The notes under the pieces are model-generated. The model had not been told where the DNA came from. It saw only the letters and a list, made by a program, of their open reading frames with translations, and did not search any database. DNA of 64,000 nucleotides, from NCBI GenBank assembly GCA_963700285.1, contig CAVOXA010000001.1, forward strand, positions 1,120,001-1,184,000, written 5' to 3'. Origin of the DNA: an uncultured Chloroflexia bacterium (GTDB lineage Bacteria; Chloroflexota; Anaerolineae; JAAYZQ01). Positions 12,217 through 21,100 of this stretch are shown one piece after another (within the stretch, counting starts at the first letter, position 1; every line of letters starts with the position of its first letter). The position numbers were made by a program, and so were the translations under genes.

Positions 12217-12498
12217 TGGTTACCTCTGCCCAGTAGTATACCACAGAAAACTGCCTGGCAGTACATTCGACTCGGCCCTTGTCGGATCGCCGAAATCAAG
12301 GCAGGGCACGGTCATAGGTACATTGTTCCCGGCCGCCCCGGAAGCTGATCGCGTTCTACTGATACTACTTGATATTTTGGTACAATGCAGGTACAATTGG
12401 GACGCGCTTGCATAGGAATTCTCGCCGGGATTGCCAGCCTTTCATGAGTCTTTGCCCTAACCCCGGTAATTCTAGAACTGGAGGCTAGCGAAACCCAG

Positions 12499-13155
12499 AT
12501 GAACAAAGCACATAGAATCCCAAGTGCTGAATGCTCACAGCTCGCTGTGTTGCTTATCGACGCCCAACCCTGTTTCTGGGACTATGCGTTCCCCGATGAC
12601 GACTTGCGCAAAGAAGCGGTCACGGTCCGACTCGAACATCTGCTGATGCTGGCCGGCTGGCTGGACCTGCCGGTGGTCGCGACTTTTGAGGATCCAGTTG
12701 CGAAAAACGGCGAGTTGCCAGAGCGACTGGAGGCGGTATTCCCAGCAGCCGCCCAGCGGTTCACCAAAAAGACCTACAATCTCACCCTGGAATGGACCAT
12801 CAGCCAGGCCCTCAAGCGCTTGCCGGTGACACAATTCGCCGTTGCCGGGGCCGAGACCGACGTATGCGTCATGCAGTCTGTTCTGGGCCTGCTGCGCATG
12901 GGCTACCAGGTTTTTCTCCTGGAGGATTGTCTATTCACCACGGAGCCATACCCCGGGCCAGCCCTACGTCGGATGACCATGGCGGGCGCCATACCTACTA
13001 CGCTCAAGTCGCTCGCTTACGAGATGGTGGTCAGCACCGAGCGCACACCTTGGTATCCCGAGGGCTGGATCGATGCGGAGAGATCGTACGCCAAGCCGTT
13101 TCCCGAACAGTTTGTCGTTCCCGAGGCGTGGCCTGCCTGGGCGCCGCGGCGGTAG
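12499..13155 (+). CDS. Isochorismatase-family hydrolase
   Basis: VLLIDAQ, FTKKTYN, VAGAETDVCVMQS; GGAGG RBS. Confidence 0.85.
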   Translation: MNKAHRIPSAECSQLAVLLIDAQPCFWDYAFPDDDLRKEAVTVRLEHLLMLAGWLDLPVVATFEDPVAKNGELPERLEAVFPAAAQRFTKKTYNLTLEWTISQALKRLPVTQFAVAGAETDVCVMQSVLGLLRMGYQVFLLEDCLFTTEPYPGPALRRMTMAGAIPTTLKSLAYEMVVSTERTPWYPEGWIDAERSYAKPFPEQFVVPEAWPAWAPRR

Positions 13156-13352
13156 GTCACTGCGCGCCGGCAGATTGCCGCGCAGGGTGGCCTTTTGGGT
13201 GCTGGGCCCGGCGGCGTGGCCACGCTCAAGTTGTTACACTTTGCGCGTCGTACCCGGCAACCCCGGGGCTGTGTTTGCCGGCCTACGCCTGAGGCGCAAA
13301 ACGTGGGAGCAGATATGGTAGCAGGTTGGTCTGATCTGGCCGAGTCAGGCGG

Positions 13353-14135
13353 TCATGGGACTGCTGGCGCCTCGTAGTCCAAATCTCGCTTCACAAAACG
13401 CAAGGTCAGAGCCACCACGTCCTCGAACTCGCGGTCCAGGATAACGGTATGGCCCGAGTTTTCCATCCAATGTGCTTCTACCACGGTAGAACTCACACCC
13501 TCGCAGATGATCCTCCCGCTGTCGGGGGCGGTGGCGTCGTCCTGGCGACCCTGGACGATGAGAACGGGCTGGTAGATGAGGGGCAGGCGGCGCAGCACTT
13601 CCTTCTGCATACGGAAGAGCTGAAGGGCAGCCCGCAGGGGGTTGACGCGGTAGCCCTGCCAGCCGGCGCAGGGTTGCCAGTTGCTCTTGGCGATGGAGGA
13701 TACAACCCGAGCACTGAGGTGCAGCAAGAGCCGGTCCCATCTGCCCAGGTTCAGTTTGATGGCGGGGGCGTAGGCCAGTACTCCCACTGTCTCGGGGTGC
13801 TCGCTGGCCAGGTACAAGGCCGTGAGGGCGCCCATCGACTCCCCTCCGAGAAAGACCTGTTCGCAATGTGATGCCAACTGCTGGTAGGTTCCCTCGCCTG
13901 CAGCCGCCCACTCCTGCCAGGTTGTTCGATTCAGTTCCTCGGGTGTGATGCCATGCCCTGTGAGGAGAGGTCCAGCCACCGTATAGCCTGCGCCGTGTAA
14001 CCGGCGGGCCAAAGGGCGGACCTCCGCCGACGTAGCCGTCAGCCCATGAGACAAAAAGATACCCACGGGACCGGCCTCCCACAAGAAAGCTCCACCTTGC
14101 AGGTGAGGGTTGTGCAGGGCTGGACCCTGGTCCAT
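13353..14135 (-). CDS. Alpha/beta-hydrolase carboxylesterase (Est30/YvaK-like)
   Basis: HGLTAT, GESMG nucleophile elbow, QGRQD, SGH. Confidence 0.88.
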   Translation of the reverse strand: MDQGPALHNPHLQGGAFLWEAGPVGIFLSHGLTATSAEVRPLARRLHGAGYTVAGPLLTGHGITPEELNRTTWQEWAAAGEGTYQQLASHCEQVFLGGESMGALTALYLASEHPETVGVLAYAPAIKLNLGRWDRLLLHLSARVVSSIAKSNWQPCAGWQGYRVNPLRAALQLFRMQKEVLRRLPLIYQPVLIVQGRQDDATAPDSGRIICEGVSSTVVEAHWMENSGHTVILDREFEDVVALTLRFVKRDLDYEAPAVP

Positions 14136-14147
14136 GAGCTAACCTCC

Positions 14148-14185
14148 AAAAAAAGAGTGCGTGGACCAATCTTCTGGTCCACGCA
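14148..14185 (-). terminator. Rho-independent terminator after the csp-RRM operon
   Basis: 11-bp stem TGCGTGGACCA/TGGTCCACGCA followed by a T-run on the minus strand. Confidence 0.75.
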
Positions 14186-14230
14186 GCGTTGATCTCTAGA
14201 ATATTTGTTTGGCGCCAGCGGGTGCTCGTC

Positions 14231-14518
14231 CTACCAGCGATCGCCGCCTTGGCGGTTGTCCGCTCCATCCTTGCGAGGTTTTGCCTCGGCGACTTTTATC
14301 TCCCATTCGTCCACCGTCTTGCCGTTCAAGCCGGCGATGGCTGCCTGTGCGGTTTCATCGCTCGCCATCTCAACGAAAGCAAATCCTCTCGACCGTCCGG
14401 AGTAGCGATCCGTGATCAGGTTTGCCGACTCTACTTCACCGAACTCGGCGAACAGTGCGCGTATTGTATCCTCCGTCGTCTGGTAATTCAGGTTGCCGAC
14501 GTATACTTTCTTGGCCAT
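14231..14518 (-). CDS. RRM RNA-binding protein
   Basis: RNP2 VYVGNL and RNP1 RGFAFVEM. Confidence 0.95.
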   Translation of the reverse strand: MAKKVYVGNLNYQTTEDTIRALFAEFGEVESANLITDRYSGRSRGFAFVEMASDETAQAAIAGLNGKTVDEWEIKVAEAKPRKDGADNRQGGDRW

Positions 14519-14525
14519 GTTTCTG

Positions 14526-14741
14526 CTACCAGCCTACAACAGTCACGTTGGCCGCCTTCAGTCCCTTGGGGCCCTGCTCGACGCTGAATTCGACCGCCTG
14601 TCCTTCCTCAAGATTGCGAAAACCATCGCCCTGGATCGCAGAGTAGTGGACAAAGACGTCTGCGCCATTGTCCTGCTCGATGAACCCGAATCCCTTTGAT
14701 CCGTTGAACCACTTGACTTTTCCAGTTACTCGCTCCGACAT
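14526..14741 (-). CDS. csp: Cold-shock protein
   Basis: [34 protein letters not shown]. Confidence 0.95.
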   Translation of the reverse strand: MSERVTGKVKWFNGSKGFGFIEQDNGADVFVHYSAIQGDGFRNLEEGQAVEFSVEQGPKGLKAANVTVVGW

Positions 14742-14872
14742 TCTTCTACCTTTCTGATGCATCGTTAGGGCGAAGTGTGATCCTTCCCAGCATGCATAAA
14801 GCGCCCAGACCTGTAAGCCTGGGCGCTCATTTGCTTTGATCGAACCAGATTCTTACCTCGTCCTACGGCGTT

Positions 14873-14901
14873 ATGCTACCATGATCACCCAGAACTGTCA
14901 A
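14873..14901 (-). promoter_or_regulatory. Sigma70 promoter of csp (TTGACA-17-TAGCAT)
   Basis: Consensus -35 and 17-nt spacer; the ~125-nt leader contains hairpin AGCGCCCAG/CTGGGCGCT at 14800-14827. Confidence 0.7.
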
Positions 14902-14949
14902 GTTCCGCCAGCATGTGGGTAGGCCCATAGGGCCAGCGTACTTGGCTCA

Positions 14950-16032
14950 TCAATTCTGCATCTGTAGGTCAAAGCTGTACACCTGTTCATGGTCGCCTCC
15001 CATGGACACTGCAATGTCACCGGTGGTTAGACCGTAAACAACGGACCACATCGTGTTGGGCTGGGACACGTCCTCCAGAATTGCCATCGCCTGCATTGGA
15101 GATAGTGCTCCCTCGCCCTGCTCAAGAGCATGGTAGGCCCGGGCATATCGCGGGCAGAGGGTCTTTGCAGCCTCGGGGCTCCTGCCTGACATGAGAAAGT
15201 TGGTGGCCACCTGCCAGGGCTCTTGGTTGCGCAGGACCTTCATCTCGCCATCTATGAACTCGATGATAGCAGAGGTCCCCTTGCGGTCGGCTACCAAATA
15301 GTGCAAAGGAGGACCGCCGTCGAAATCTATGTGATACTCCCGAAGAAGGGCGATGGCCTCGTCGACGCTTCGCGCCTGATCCAGAATCAGGCGCATAGCC
15401 TGCAGGCCGCTGATAGTCGTCTGGAGAGGATCTGCCCGGTCCTGGGCATGGGGCACGGCCATCATGCCCACGGCCAGGCCCTGCTCATTCATGCCGTCGA
15501 ATGGCCAGTAGGGCGCGTCCCGCAGCCTGAGCACCTCGATCCAGGGAGGAGTACCCCCGTCAAAGCCCAGGTATGAGATATCCACCAGGGATACGCTGTC
15601 ATAGCCTTCCGGTGGGTGCGTAAAGAGGAGCAAGGTGGGCCGGTTGTGCCAGTCAAAGTTGCGACCCAGGAGCAGATCCCCGTCCCCGTCCAGCGAGGCA
15701 AAGACCGTGCAAGCCCAGCCAGGTTCGGGTCGATCTTCAGTCGGCCGCAGGCCGGCGCTGGCGCGTATGCCCTGTTGCAGGAAATCCTCGAATCCATAGC
15801 TCCCGTAAAAGTGCATCACGTAGAGAGGATAGTCATCAACTTTTCTGAAGGTGATCAGCGTGCGTGCCTGGCTGCCGAACAGGATGGTTAGTGCGGCGAC
15901 CATTACTATCACGGCGCTCACCAGGATGATCACCCTGCTTCTGCGCGATGCCCGCCCGGTTCCTGGCTGCATCAGGCTGGTACCTCCTTGTGACACGACA
16001 GCGGATCCGGAAACCCATGAATTCAGTCTCAC
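14950..16032 (-). CDS. Membrane-anchored Ntn hydrolase (linear amide C-N hydrolase / C45-C59-like)
   Basis: N-terminal TM segment; CTVF...LLGRNFDW, FDGMNEQGLAV, HYLVAD, VATNF. True start may be ~60 nt downstream. Confidence 0.8.
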   Translation of the reverse strand: MRLNSWVSGSAVVSQGGTSLMQPGTGRASRRSRVIILVSAVIVMVAALTILFGSQARTLITFRKVDDYPLYVMHFYGSYGFEDFLQQGIRASAGLRPTEDRPEPGWACTVFASLDGDGDLLLGRNFDWHNRPTLLLFTHPPEGYDSVSLVDISYLGFDGGTPPWIEVLRLRDAPYWPFDGMNEQGLAVGMMAVPHAQDRADPLQTTISGLQAMRLILDQARSVDEAIALLREYHIDFDGGPPLHYLVADRKGTSAIIEFIDGEMKVLRNQEPWQVATNFLMSGRSPEAAKTLCPRYARAYHALEQGEGALSPMQAMAILEDVSQPNTMWSVVYGLTTGDIAVSMGGDHEQVYSFDLQMQN

Positions 16033-16049
16033 TGGGAAATCCGTGTCTT

Positions 16050-16568
16050 TCAGTCCGCCATGCTATCCCATGGCTCTATGACCACGGTTTCGATGGTTTC
16101 GTTGTCCTCTGCATAGGTGTAGCATGCCCGGACCCGCTCGCCAGCAAGGACTCGCGGGAGCCAATGGGCATTGTCCTGCCACATCTGCTCGAAGGGGATG
16201 GCGTCTACCGCGTACCAGGCCGGCGCCATCTCGCGGCTCTCCTCGGACTCTCCCTGCCAGGTGCTGGTCAGGAAGACGTGTACCGTCTGGCTCCAGGCAG
16301 GTTCTGCGGAGAACAGGAAGGTAAAATGACCTACCAATCCCAGATCCTGCTCCGCAACCCTGATCCCTACTTCCTCTTCTAGCTCTCGGACGGCAGCCGC
16401 GACCACGGTCTCCCCGGGTTCGACCTTGCCCCCGATGCCGTTGATCTTGCCAGCGGCAAAGCCGGCCTTCTTGAGCCCCAGGAGGACCTCGGTGGGCGGG
16501 TCTCCCTTCACAAGAAGGCACACCGTTGCATCGTTCAGGGGCCTTTTCGAGTCACTGTCAAAGCTCAT
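16050..16568 (-). CDS. Nudix hydrolase (MTH1/8-oxo-dGTPase-like)
   Basis: Nudix box GGKVEPGETVVAAAVRELEEEVG; ESREMAPAW, IPFEQMWQD. Confidence 0.9.
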   Translation of the reverse strand: MSFDSDSKRPLNDATVCLLVKGDPPTEVLLGLKKAGFAAGKINGIGGKVEPGETVVAAAVRELEEEVGIRVAEQDLGLVGHFTFLFSAEPAWSQTVHVFLTSTWQGESEESREMAPAWYAVDAIPFEQMWQDNAHWLPRVLAGERVRACYTYAEDNETIETVVIEPWDSMAD

Positions 16569-16653
16569 AGGATCTAACGCGTATGGATCAACTTTCGTTC
16601 GCCCAGCATCTCGCTGTTTAGGGTGACGATCAGCCGGTAGACGCTGAGCTCTT

Positions 16654-17127
16654 TTACGCGCCGCTGTCCAAAGGCTGGGACGACCAGCGCTGTAATTCGA
16701 CGATGTTGCCTTCAGGATCGGTCACATAGGCAAAGGTGATCTGGCCCACGCCGGAGATCTCCAGGGACTGGATCTGGCCGACGGCGCTGCCCCCGGCGGC
16801 CAGGACGACGTCGTGGGCGGCCTGCACATCGTCCACGGCGAAGGCGATGTGGCCAAAACCCGGGCGGTTGACGGCCATCACAGGGGATTCTAGCTGCTGG
16901 TTGTACTGAAAGACCTCGAGGGTGGGCCCTTGGTCGCCATAACCGGGGAGCCGGAGGTGGATGCCCTGGATCTGGGCATTTGGTACGCCAGTGGCGGCTT
17001 CCAGCCAATCACCGGCTAGATCGCGCTCTGGCGGTACCGGCGTGCAGCCAAAGATCTGTTCGTAGAAACGGGCCAGTCTTTGCCAGTCCTGGGCGACTAG
17101 GTTGGTGTGGACGAATCTGGCGTTCAT
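16654..17127 (-). CDS. VOC/glyoxalase-family protein
   Basis: FVHTNLVA...LARFYE, GFGHIAFAVDDV, YVTDPEGNIVELQ. Confidence 0.88.
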   Translation of the reverse strand: MNARFVHTNLVAQDWQRLARFYEQIFGCTPVPPERDLAGDWLEAATGVPNAQIQGIHLRLPGYGDQGPTLEVFQYNQQLESPVMAVNRPGFGHIAFAVDDVQAAHDVVLAAGGSAVGQIQSLEISGVGQITFAYVTDPEGNIVELQRWSSQPLDSGA

Positions 17128-17652
17128 GCTTTCATCCTTCTCTGGTACATAACGTCCAGCTCGGCGTGGATAACCAGCTAAACTGGCTAACGATTGGCCG
17201 GCCATGGCAGCATGCGGCGGCAGGTTCTGGAGGCTGGTATCAAGGGGCAAGCTGGCCGATCCTTCGCGCACTCGGGACGGGCCTGCCCTACGAAGATGAG
17301 TCGCGCCCGGCAGCGCGTATCACGGTGCCGACATTGTACTTCAAAAGACGTTGGGCTGCAAGGCGCCTGCGAAAGGCGGCCCACAAGAAGTGCCGGTCCG
17401 CTCGTCAGTAAGGGGCCGGGGTCTAGTACCTGACCGGGGCGAGTGGGCCCCTGGTCTAGGACGTGAGGGTAGGTAACTTCCTCCCGAATCTGTACCTAAA
17501 AGAGGATGTCAAAGATAGAAAGAAGATGATATAGTGTGTATGAACTATAGAATGAGAGATAAAATCTAAGAAAGATAGATATGGGCTTAAAAGCCTACTT
17601 TGAAGTATAGACAGTCTTTGATATATAGAGAGCATAAGGAGAAACTGCAATC

Positions 17653-17904
17653 ATGGTGACGACGCTGTCCTCTGGTCGAATGTTCATGTTTGGTGCGGCG
17701 CTGGTGGTGGCGGTGCTTCTGGCCCCGGCACTGATCTATGCCCACATCTGGTGGCAGGCCGCGAAGCGGAGTAGGGTACAGCAGGCGAGAGAGTCAGGTC
17801 GTGGCAAGCTGATCGCGCAAAGCTTGCCTGGCAGGAGTCCCGGTCCACGGACCTGGCCCGAAGGCCAGGCACGGCCGAGCGCCCGGGCTACCGACTCGCG
17901 GTAA
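17653..17904 (+). CDS. Small hypothetical membrane protein
   Basis: AAGGAG RBS, one hydrophobic helix, preceded by an AT-rich tract. Confidence 0.4.
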   Translation: MVTTLSSGRMFMFGAALVVAVLLAPALIYAHIWWQAAKRSRVQQARESGRGKLIAQSLPGRSPGPRTWPEGQARPSARATDSR

Positions 17905-17994
17905 CCGGCAGGTACACAGCGCGTTCCTTTCCTCTCCAGGTCGGGTGGAGCAGTGTCTTGTCTGAGCCCAGGGATGGGGTGAGGCTAGTGCTCA

Positions 17995-18094
17995 GTTGCC
18001 CTCGGAAGAAGGCCCATTCCTCACACTCGGAGCCATCGTCAAAGACGCGGTTGCCGCCCTCATCGGTGCATTGCGCCGATGAGGGCTTTGGCAT
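17995..18094 (-). pseudogene. Degenerate DUF333 (putative hemolysin) domain remnant
   Basis: MPKPSSAQCTDEGG...FDDGSECEEWAFFRGQ; an internally deleted copy of the repeats at 23766-24182. Confidence 0.7.
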
Positions 18095-18103
18095 GCGGGC
18101 GAC

Positions 18104-21100
18104 CTACCGGTTCTTGTACGCCAAGGGCAGGTAGAGTTTCGGCATCTCTGGCGGGCCAGGGGCGACCGCGACCCCAGCGCTGAGCGGATCGGATAGGGTG
18201 ATTGGGTGTTCCGGTGTACCTTCCGCCATCTCGGACAGGGATGCCGCTGATTTCGGATCGACGTCCCCGGCGAGGTGCAACGCGTAGCGGCTGTCGCCGT
18301 TTGCCTGTACTTCGACTAGGTGCAGGCCTCTCCTGGAAACGGGGAAACCGACCGTCTCTACCGGCCCGGTACCGTCGGCTGCAAAGTCAGGCCGCCAACC
18401 GTTGGCCGGCTGCCAGATGTAAAGATTGGGATCGCCGGATCGCGCTTCCAAGCCAAAGATGGCCAGGTCCCTGATCCGAAGCGGGAAGCGGTATTGGATG
18501 CGCTGCCCGTCGGTGAGGGTTTGGCTGCCCTCCAGCAGGTTGGTTAGAGCAAGGCTGTTGAAGTCCAGTACGGTGACATTCCCTTCCGCATCCGCCAGCC
18601 AGACGCCCATATACTTGGCACCATCGCCCTGCGACAGGCTCCAGGGGACCGTTGGACTGTAGGGCAGCCAGCCGCTCTCCTGAACAGCGGTCCAGGTCCC
18701 ATCGCTGGTGTCCAGCGTCCATTCCCGCAGGAACATCCAGCGCGCGTCTGTGACTGCTCTGCCATCCTTGGTGATGAGCAACTGGGTTTGCCGGTGGTTT
18801 GTGGCTGGCCCGGCCTCAATCCTCAGAGAAGGAGAGGCCGGCGGTTGGGTATCGGCCCCGTCGGGCAGTGCGGGATCCACCGAAAGCTGAGCGGTTCGCT
18901 GCACAGTGGTTTCCGTGTCTCGGAAGGCGGCTAGTTCTCTCGCTGGGCAGGTATCGACGATGGGCCAGGTGCCCAGCGCCGTCAGCGAGATGTCCAGGGT
19001 TGTGGCCGCCAGCCCGCCGTCCACCTGGGCACGGAAGCTCAGGGGACGTTCCTGTCCAGGCCACAGGAGTCTGGGCGGCCAGGTGATGGTGCGACTGGCG
19101 TCATCATAGACTCCATCGCTGCTGATGCTGTCCGCCTGGACCTGCAAGCCGGCCGGTACGGTAGCACTGATGGGCACCAAGGTGTCCTGTGGGCCACTGT
19201 TCGGTACGTTCAGCGTCACGGCCACCGTTTCGCCAGGCCGTGCCTTGTTGGGGACAACCGCGATCCTGCTGCCCGATAGCTCGGGGCGTTGCCTCGGATG
19301 CCAGGCTACTTCCTCGCCATGGGCACGCAGCGTCTCCATGTTGCCTGCCCAATCCTCGCCCTGGACGTGGAAGGCGTAGCAACCTGCTCCCAGGTCCGTG
19401 TCAGAGGTATAGGACCACAGGCCGTTGCCGATCTCGTCGGCGGCTGTCCATCGCTCGCCGTTGATCTGGATGCCCAAACCTCTCTCGCCCGAGACTGAGC
19501 CATTGATCTGGCCGCTCAGGCGTAGGCGCTGGTTGCCCGCGGCGTCGGTGATCACGCCGGCCATACAGTCCCTGCCGGGCTTCCAACAGCCTGGCGCTAC
19601 CTGGGTGGTGGGCAGTGTCAGATCCAGGGCAAAGGTCTTGGAGACCGGCTCCGAGACGTGGTCCATGAGGTCCGTCGCCCGCGCCCAAAGGGTGGTGGGC
19701 GCCATGTCGGTGTCAAAGATCAGTGGCTGAGTGTAGGGCTGCCAGGTGGCGCCGTCGGTGCTGGTCTCGATACGGGTCGTACCCGACCCGTCGCCGTCGT
19801 CGGCTGACACCTCGGCCCTGACCGGCACGTTGTACCAGCCGCTGCCTTCGGTGGGGCGGGCCGGGTCAAGGCTGAGCGCAACCTGGGGCGCGTGCGTGTC
19901 CACCAGAACCGCAAGATGGGCGGTCTCGCCCCACTTGCCGCCATCGCTCCTGGCGCGAAGGTGTACGTACCACAGCCCGTCGGACAAGCCTTCGTAGGTG
20001 TCGGTGGTGGCCAACCCCAAGCTCATTTCCCGTGGAACGGTATCAGGGTTCCGGTCCATGTACCAGCGATAGCCGTCCACAACTGCCGGGTCGCCGTCCG
20101 GCTGCCTCCAGGTGAAGGTCGCTGTGTCGGCCGCGTACCAGGCCCCCGGGTCGGGATGGGTTATGCTGTCGATGAGGGGAATTCCCGGTGCGACCGCCGG
20201 ACCGGTGGCCCTTGCAGCTTCGGTGCTCGTGTTCTGGCCCGTGTCCGACCCCCTCCAGGGCACAAAGTAGTCCAACACCATATAAGCCTGCTTGACTCCC
20301 GTGTGAGAGTCGGACTCTTGCATGTAGGTGAAGGGATTGTATTTGTATTCCTGGGCCTGAGTGGGCGGGGGTTGCTTGTAGGGGTCGAGGCCCACATTCG
20401 TGCCGTCCATAAAGAACCCCTGTTCCCAACTGATCGAATAGGAAGTTCCTTCTTCAAAGCCCCAGGTTTTCGACCCCTGGGCTCCGATCCCCAGGAATTC
20501 GGCCTCGCCGCTTACCTCATAGTTGTAGGATTCACTGGTTTCCACGGTCTGCTCGGTGAAGGTTGTCTTTTCTACCTTCCAGTAGGGGTCTCCACCGCCC
20601 AGGCTTATATAGATGGGCGGGGGTGGACCTCCTGACTTGTCCCAGCGCCACAAGAGGTCCCCGTTCGTGTCCCACCACTGGTCGTGGAGTTTGATCTTGA
20701 ACTGGCCATCCTTAGCCACCGGGTCTTCGATATCTGTCGGGCGCTGGTCCACCTCGCCGCCCAGTTGCTGGCATGTGCCTACCCGTGTGTAGGCGGGATT
20801 GCCACCGACCTGATCTTCGATCCAGCCGACCACCAGCTCGGGGTGACCATCCGCGGCCACCAGGTCGGCGGAGGCGACCGTGGCCCCAACGACTTTATGC
20901 TCGGGCGGGACCGGGATCGGGTGGCCGGGCGCCCAGGATTCCACAAAGCTGGAGCCTTGCAGGTCCTGGCCGATACTGTAGCCCAGTTCCCATTGCCCGG
21001 CTTCTTCAGCCTCTCGCCCCCAAGCCGCCACCAGATCCAGATCGCCGTCACCATCGGAATCGGCGATAGTCAGGCCCATCCCACCGTTCCCATCGCCAAA

